From Klebsormidium nitens (taxonomy: Eukaryota; Plantae; Klebsormidiophyceae): DNA of 43,110 nt. How positions within the stretch are numbered: position 1 is the stretch's first letter; each line of letters starts with the position of its first letter. Below the pieces are notes generated by a model. It did not search any database. It saw only the letters and a program-made list of their open reading frames with translations, and was not told the DNA's origin. Both the position numbers and the translations under genes were made by a program. Positions 35,752-43,110 of the stretch are shown one piece after another. Location of the stretch: the NCBI GenBank assembly GCA_000708835.1, contig DF237580.1, positions 7,312 to 50,421 of the forward strand, in the 5' to 3' direction.

Positions 35752-37152
35752 AGAAGCGCGGAAGCGGAGAACATGTAACAAGGGTAGGGTTTTTGTTTCA
35801 AGACATTGTTGATGAAGATATTACGAAAGATTATAAAAGGATTCTGACTTTCAATACGAACTGGTTCAGACATTCCACCTACACAGGTAGACACACCTGT
35901 CTTGCTCTGAGCAAGTCAGAGACTGAAAAAGAAGAGAAAGGACGTCATTCGGACCTCCAGACACTCTATATAAGCCTCAATGAAAGTTTTCGTGAAAATC
36001 AGCTAGTCAGCTGCCTCGTGGCAAATGGATCGGTCGAAAGCTTCAGGTCCGGATGGGCCTTGATCGTCTTGAAATGAAACTTTTGCAATCCAAACGGTGA
36101 TTTCGGAGTTGCAGGTCTTCGAATTCGACGTGCGAGATAGGCCAGGATTCTACGACGGTGGGAGCATGTGTGCTTGGCGGCCTACCAGCTTTTATTTTGA
36201 ACTGTAATCATATGCTGAGCCTGGTGCCAGTTTGCGTATCCTTCTGACCTTCAGCTTGTGGTTAACTGCTCGTCGGATTGCGATGATCACATTGAATGCG
36301 CTGTCAATTCCAAATCACGGGGCCCCCAGCCAAGCGTGCAAGGTATACCTCCTTCCAACTGCCAGCTCCAGGATTTTGCTCACGTTGTTGGCATGACGTG
36401 GAGGTAAAGGGCATATATCTCGCTGCCATAACTGTGTAACTGCAGTGCGTGCGTGACGTGCGCTGTACAATGCGCATTCCACGGCTAGCCGGAGTGTGCC
36501 GGATGGGGCTTGCAAATGGAAATCAAAGAGAATGCGCCATGTCCGCTGGCCGCGCGTATGAAGATTTTTTGAGCTATTTGACACTGCAGCTTCTGCATGT
36601 GCGTGCAGTAAATCAGGCATGAAATTGAAGCGAACATGTTACACATCAGCATGCTGATGTATTACATGTGAGATCGAGAAAGTGAGATGCGTATTCTTGA
36701 TTTGTGGCTAGATGCGTGCAATTCTCATCTCACTTTCTCTCGCAAGAATTGATAGTAGCCTGCCTCGACCACATCATTGCAGGCTCTTGCAGCATGCCTT
36801 GAATGCAAACTACAGTATCTCTGGCGCACACGAGGCCGTATATACGACCGGCCGCGCGTGTATCAGCCGAGTAGCCTGCCACTGACAATTGGTTGCATGA
36901 ACAGGGTCGCCCTTGGGCTGCCGCTAAGCTTTGGTGTGAGTGCGAGGTCAAACAAGCACACGTGACGGCATGCAAAGATGTCTGGTCATACTAATAATCA
37001 GACAACGTGCATGATCAAGGGCTGCTTCAAAAACAGAGTCGCAGCGCTCGCGGTGCTGCTTCTCACAACCTCGTGGCTTCGAACTCTCTGCATAATACAG
37101 GACTGCGCTGGCAATGATACCTTCGTCCGCACAAGACATAACCCACGGTCTG

Positions 37153-40100
37153 CTACCTTCGGAACCAACCGAGCAGGCCACTCTTCTTCTCTTCCTTCTT
37201 AACCTTGTGTTCCAGTGACGGGAAGGTGATCGCGTTCAGAGCTGTATCCAACACGATTGGTCGACAGGGCACGGCTTGGAACGCCGGGGGTATCTCCGCT
37301 ATCCGGGGAGCTTCCTTTGAATTCGCGGCCCCTATGGCAGGAACGTACTCGTCGAGCGCTTCTAGAAGAGTTGGTTTCCGTTCACCCTGTAGTAAGAGTG
37401 GGAGTGACACACGATTCATCTTCGGACTGAAGACAGATCCAAGCCTCATACACGGACATCGCAAACAACTTGCGGAGACTCAACTTCCTTAGGTTTCCCT
37501 ACCTGCGGCTTGAAAACATTGAAGGCAATAACGGGTAAGGTCACTTGACGAGCATCGAATCACTCGGGCTTTAGAAACACACGCAGGACTCGCACGAGCC
37601 AAGACAACAACAATCCACCCTCCAGTTTCAGAAGGACATCGTCTGTCTCGTCGACATTTCTTAAGCAAAGCGAAAACGGACCCAAAATCAGAGAAGTACA
37701 GCGGATTGCGCAGAGGAGAGTTTCCCATCGAGATTTTCGCACGTACCTTATCCTTTGCCACCGCATCACTCAAATCATATACTGTTCGCGACATCTCTCG
37801 AATGGTTTCATCACCCCGGCAAAAGGCCAGAATCAGAGATGACGAATAACTTTTCAGAGGTCCAAGCTCATACCTTATCTTTCACCGCCGCGTCCCTCAG
37901 GTCTAGTTTCTTCACCCCCTTCTGCACGGCCTCTTCCGAGCGCGCCGCCTCAGCACACCCCCGGGCGTGCACCAGGCTGCGCTGCGTCCGAGCGCGGCTC
38001 AAGACGTCCTGAGCGTCCGCAACGTCTCTCTGCAATAGCACCGACGAACAATCAGACAACTTTACAATCAGCACTGACACATGCTAACAAGCCTTTCAAT
38101 ACTCGGTCGCAAATACCTGAAAGTCAAATCGGTCAGCGTCCGGGCGCAGCCCAGGGCGTCATGAGCGTCCTCCGTAAACACGCCAGAAGCAGACTCGTGC
38201 AGAACACGAAATTCTTGACGGACATGTTTGTTACCTTTGCAACGTCTTTAAAGTGGGCGTCAGGGTATAAGAGCCGATTTCCGGAACTGATTTTGACATC
38301 CCCTCTGTGACTTCTGGCAGATTGACCGAAGTGGCAAGCGCGCTCGCTTTGAAAATGTCAAGAATCATCCTTCCGGGTTCGACTCCACAACTTTAATATT
38401 CTTGCTCGCTTTTGCCCCTTCCTTTTTGCTGCGTTCCGCAGCTGACGTATGATGACGTAGACCCTTCGGAACCGCGGTACTCTCAGGTACCGGACTTTCG
38501 GACAGCGTCCAGTCCCTGCCTGAAGGCCTAGGTTCGGTCGGTACCGCATACTGGCTGGTTCCTAAAAGGTCCCGTACCGCAAGATTTTTCGACGTCCGAT
38601 GATATTTCGGAGTTCTTGATCTGACCGTCCGATCGGGGTGGACATGCATGTCCTACGCCCACTTTAAGGGGAAGGATTCACACAAGGAAGGCTGACATCT
38701 TACTTTGGAGGTTCTCACGAGAAGTCGAGGTCTCTCATGAGATGCACGCTCCAGCAATTCCCGCGTTACCATCGGCTATCAAAGGAAACATGCAGACGAG
38801 CCGACGCATCTCTCACCTCGTCCGGGCGTTTCACTTTTCGGTACGCTTCTGATGCCGATTGCGCCTGTTCCGCCGCGCGCTTGAACAGCACGTACGCTTC
38901 CGCGAATTTGGCTGCGTTGGAGTAAGACTGGGCCACGTAGAAGCACCTGGAGAGACAGGAGTCGGGTCAAGAGGCCACTTCGCACAGATGGGAGAACACC
39001 TTCAAACAGGTGACGTCAGCAGCAGAAGGTGCCTCTTATACGACATCCGTTATTCTGCAGTGTTGAGGGAGATCCGAGACAAATGGTCGATGTACGAAAT
39101 TAGGGGATGCTTTCAGACAAGATTCCTTGAGACGAACTTAACTAGAGTCAGAGAAAGTATCTTTAAGCACGAAACGGCGACACCTGATTCGGGAAGCCGT
39201 TCACCAGACTCACTCACCTAGAGGCCCGCAGCGCAAGTTGCTTCGCCTCGCAAGCCTTCTCGAGTTCGACGTCCTCTTCCTTCCGATTGCGTACCGAAGT
39301 TGCGATGTCCGAAAGATCCGACACATTCTGGAGCAACGTGTCGTACAGTCGTACCTGGCCACATAAAGAAAAAGTTTTGCAATCCCCTCGTAAGGACACA
39401 AAGATTGGTTGGACAGGCGCCCGGGAAACTCTTTACACTGCAGGTTTCAGAAGTCACGGAAAATTGCGAAGATGGGAGTCCTGAGGCAGATCATACAGCC
39501 GCACCTGAAGGAATCTCTTCTCGACAGCCGCACCTGAAGGGATCTCTTCTCAACACCTACGGTTATGTGGCGTAGGGGCCCAGAACTGTGTGATCCCGTC
39601 ATGAAAGGGCACAAGACAGAATGCAAAACGGCAACCCATGTCAAATGAGATCCACGCAGTTGCACCCGGCAGAAAGAACAAGACACCTTACCAAAACCTT
39701 GTCAGAAGCCAAGCTGCAGAACCGCAAATTATGGGCCGATGCACCGTCTGCCAGCGCCACAGAGAGGGCATGAGACGCCACCGCCTTCTCACGAGACTGA
39801 ACCATCCTCGTCTCTTTGTTTCGAAGGAGCTGACGGGAACAAAAGGGAGAGAGCCGTACCAAGTCTTCCGGCCGTGCCGCCTTCTCGCCCTTCTCCCCTG
39901 GGAGCCCCCGCTCCTGTCGCTCGAGCTTGGCCTTAGCGGCTTCTACGAACAGCTGGTTCCGCTCGATGGTCCGCTGCAGAAGCATTCCGCTCACCGCGTT
40001 GTCCAGCGACTGCAGCTCGTCCGCCACGTCAGCTGGGGCGGTGGCCCCTCCCGCAGAGGCCTGCAGCAAGCAGATGGTGTCATGATCCCACGGGGTGCAC

Positions 40101-43065
40101 AGTGGTTCGGATGATCCCCCTTAGATGACACCAAGAAGAGAGCGGACGCCTCCTTCGGCCAAAAACTCGAACGCGTCTGAGTATCACACAGGAGTGCTTC
40201 GAACATTTACAAGCCGGGCCACAAACCCTGAAGCAGAAAGTTTCAAAGGGAAGGCTGGTAAAAGATTCCTGCGAGAAACGAAGAATATTTTTGTGAATTC
40301 TGAGATGGCGACAGGGGCTGGGCGAAGGAAAGAAAAGGGATGAGAGGAGAGTCAGAGGGGTTGGCAGGCATCGCGAAGGCGTCTGCTTCCTGGAAGAACA
40401 AGGGGACAAATAAGAGGGACAAGAAGGAAAAGAAACCATGAGGAGAAACGGGGAGCGAAGCAAGACCGAATGAGCACACCGTGTCCGACGAGAAAACTTT
40501 TCAAAAACAGGAACGGACAAAAAGCAAGATGAAGGGTATGGAAAGCAAGACGGAAACAAAGTGAAGCAAGAGGACTTTTGAGGGGAAGACAAGAAAGCAG
40601 AAGCCCTCACCAGGTCGTCCCGCACGTGTTTCTTGGCGTCCTGCAGCGCTACGAACACCTTGTCGTAGATGCCCAACCGGCGCTCGTGCGTCAGCGGGCT
40701 GCTCGCGGAACCTTCCAGGTCCTTCATCAAGTCGTCAACTGCAGAAGAAGATTGTCAACTCTTTTTCATCTCAAAGAGTTTACTGAAGTTTCTCGACTGA
40801 GAGCTTGCTGGGACAGCGTGCGGCAAAGTCCACGTCCTTCATCAGGTCGTCAACTGCAGAAACACGTAAAAAATTGACGTTGAATCAGAGACCAGCACCC
40901 TTTCTAAGAATGGAAAGAGGTCACCAACGGAGAAGTCGACAGGCGCAGGGCTGCGACTAGCTTTCCAGGTCCTTCATTAGGTCGTCAACTGCAGAGACGC
41001 GCGAAGCAACGGACTTCGACTCCGAGTGCAGCCAACGTCTCCGAGAATGGAGAAGTCATTAACGGAGAAGACGACAGACGCAAGGCTGCGCCACTGGGAC
41101 GGATTTATCAAACGCCAGGGAGTTGCTGCAAGTTGATTGTGGCAGCTACCGCATCTCCCACCATGCACACGGAATCTGCCGTGCATGGATGATACCAGAA
41201 ACCAGATACCAGATACCAGAAACCAGAAACCAAAAACCAAAGACCCGAAAGTCAAGATATAAAAACGCCACCATCGTAGACACAGACGCACTGATCTTTG
41301 AAGATGCCGAAGACAACATAGTACCCAAAAGTGGTCGCTGCTCTTACCCCGCAGTATGCACACGCGTGTCTTCTCGTTCCGCACCGGGAGGCGCCGTCCT
41401 TGCCACGGCAGCTCCGTCATGCTGGCCGCCTGCTTCGCCCGAGCCTCCTCCATCACCATCTGCGAATGTAAGGGAACTCTTTTCGCCTTCTCAAACTTTG
41501 TATGGTTGTCGACTTGAATACTCGACCAACTCTTTTGTCTGATTATAGTGTTGACGTAAGTCACTTGATGTCCTTGACAGAAGTCCTGTTGACTAAGGCT
41601 TTCGAATTGCGATTGTCGGAGCTTCTCTCATCAGGCTCAACATTCACGGGCGCCGTCAGAAACTTGCACGAGTTGCCCGGCTTGGTGCTCACGAAATCTC
41701 GAAAGTTCGCTGGGACAGATTCGAGGAAGTGAGAACGTCACCAGAGGCAATGCACCTGATCCCCATCCGTTCCAGAATAGATCTCGGACATCAGGCCCGA
41801 ACGAGTATGCGTCAGCAAGTCAGATTACTCAGCAATCGTATGTGCGATAAAGAAGGATCATGGAGGGGCGTCCACGCAAATACTCACCTCTAGTTTCGAC
41901 TGCAAGATGTCCATCCCCGGCCCCTCCTGGTTCGTCAGCTCGGAAAGATCCTCCGCTTGCGCGCCACCCCCGCTTTTGTATTTGCAGTACCGTATGCTCG
42001 GCTCGAGCTCTTCGACGCGCTCCCGACACAGCACGCGCTGCTCGACGGTCCCCACAGTCCCCAACTGCTCGTAGATCGTCCTGCAAAGTTGAAGGGAACC
42101 TTATGAGCTTGAAAGTTGCGGAAGTATAGGGCTTCCTTTGCGCTTCTCCCGTTATTACGAGTGTTTCGAGTGGATCTTGTTGCTTGCATCCCTGACTGAT
42201 TCCCACTGCCCATGGATCGTGCGGGAGTGCAAAAAAGCGAAGACGAGCAGAGTAAGTAGGTAGCTCCTCGTTAGCTTTGCTGGTCAGAGCATAAGGTGTG
42301 TGTAAGGCAGGCAAAACTGTGGTTTGCATCAACTCTACTTCGTAACTTGGCCTTCGAGGATGTTGAAGCTGCCCGATGGTTTTATGCACTTCACAAGTCC
42401 TCGCAGATCCTCCATTGATGCCACACGTGATCTGCCCACCTAACAGTTGCTCTACTTTTCAGGTCATAGACCTACTCGGAAAATGGCATTGCCAGCCTAC
42501 ACGAACACTGGGCAGCACAGACGGCCCTCCGCGTCTTAATAACCGAACTCACTTCGCTTTCGAGAATCGTTTCAGGGCCTCTTGCCAGTCGCTCTCCCGC
42601 TCGAGCAACAAGCTTCCCCACATGTACGCAGCATACGCCTGCATTGACGTCAAACATTGAGGCAGGTTAGCGGTGATGCAAATTTGAAAAGGGTAATGTT
42701 GATAGTGGAAGCTTCCACGATTTGCAATTCTCCTTCAATACGCTGATGGTCACACAAGCCACCAAAGCAACCCGTTACGCTTGACACAAGCTCTCATCAG
42801 AGCAGACTGATCAACATCCCAAAAAGTAGGCCGAACATGCTTCTCACCCTTGCTCTTGGTCATGCTCACCTCAGCTTCGAGTGACGTCTGATCGTCCGCC
42901 CTCTGTGCGCAGAGCGCCGCAAACTTGTCCGCAAGCTTGGCGGCCTTCTGTAACCGCTTCAGCAGGTGAAACCTCATCCTAGTTGTCGGACCGTCGGTCG
43001 CGTGCTTCAGCTCCATCGCGTACGCCCAGGCACGCTCGGCATGGTACAGCGGAATGTGCAGCCAC
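37153..43065 (-). CDS. SRP68: Signal recognition particle subunit SRP68, 5'-truncated by the window edge; exons 43065-42870, 42638-42553, 42080-41888, 41459-41348, 40738-40611, 40060-39860, 39354-39218, 38946-38817, 38029-37874, 37386-37153
   Basis: In-frame GT-AG exons encode LHIPLYHAERAWAYAMELK, TSLEAEAYAAYM, IYEQL...VEELEPSIRYCKY, RPEDLVRLYDTLLQN, RCFYVAQSY, IPPAFQAVPCRPIVLDTALNAITFPSL...GLLGWFRR*, which are SRP68 hallmark motifs. Confidence 0.95.
37745..41000 (-). repeat. Exon-boundary echoes in SRP68 introns (37745-37780, 38135-38185, 40829-40860, 40961-40995)
   Basis: Donor echo GATGCGGTGGCAAAGGATAAG|gtacgt versus real GACGCGGCGGTGAAAGATAAG|gtatga (offset 127). Acceptor echo offset ~152 for exon 38029. 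Two copies of gtccttcat(c/t)aggtcgtcaactgcaga (offsets 115, 135) for exon 40738. Confidence 0.8.
38248..38667. mobile_element. Possible MITE inside an SRP68 intron (TTAA- or TA-target type)
   Basis: 13-bp inverted repeat TTAAAGTGGGCGT (38248-38260) / ACGCCCACTTTAA (38655-38667). It reads either as TTAA TSD + AG-starting TIR (Kolobok-like) or TA TSD (Tc1/mariner-like). The repeat is short, so chance is not excluded. Confidence 0.4.
41192..41240. repeat. Heptamer minisatellite (ACCAGAW)n in an SRP68 intron
   Basis: ataccagaaaccagataccagataccagaaaccagaaaccaaaaaccaa seen directly. Confidence 0.85.
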
Positions 43066-43110
43066 CTGGTGAAAGAGATTGCTTGAGTATTGGAGGTCGC
43101 GAAGTGGTTT

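Noticed and set aside
38316-38390. tRNA-Ser-like A/B-box pattern (TGACCGAAGTGG...TTGAAA...GGTTCGACTCC)
   Set aside because: Acceptor and anticodon stems do not pair; at most a degenerate relic, so not called as a tRNA.

Overview
Intron-rich eukaryotic nuclear DNA, most consistent with a streptophyte (charophyte) green alga such as Klebsormidium. That assignment is an inference from a land-plant-like plastid Cu/Zn-SOD plus CCS, an EID1-like F-box gene and a nuclear-encoded plastid rps3. I reconstructed spliced genes by hand from GT-AG sites and frame continuity. Left to right: plastid Cu/Zn-SOD (-, 6 exons) head-to-head with its copper chaperone CCS (+, 6 exons); an unresolved possible multi-exon gene (-); nuclear plastid-targeted rps3 (-, 5 exons) head-to-head with an intronless giant-virus-style ankyrin-repeat ORF (+); a 484-aa 7-exon gene (-); a 382-bp hAT-type MITE with exact TIRs and 8-bp TSD; a signal-peptide/RDEL ER protein (+); an intronless EID1-like F-box gene (+); and the 3' part of SRP68 (-). 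Two things stand out. (1) The 484-aa protein appears to join an MLKL/Cbl-N-like four-helix bundle and a Cbl-like EF-hand to an EDS1/PAD4/SAG101-type EP domain, a domain usually considered seed-plant-specific. (2) Decaying tandem copies ('echoes') of exon ends, including the splice site, lie in the flanking introns of four unrelated genes, often with about 140-165 bp spacing. All domain calls are by-eye alignments to remembered family motifs and need HMM or structure confirmation.
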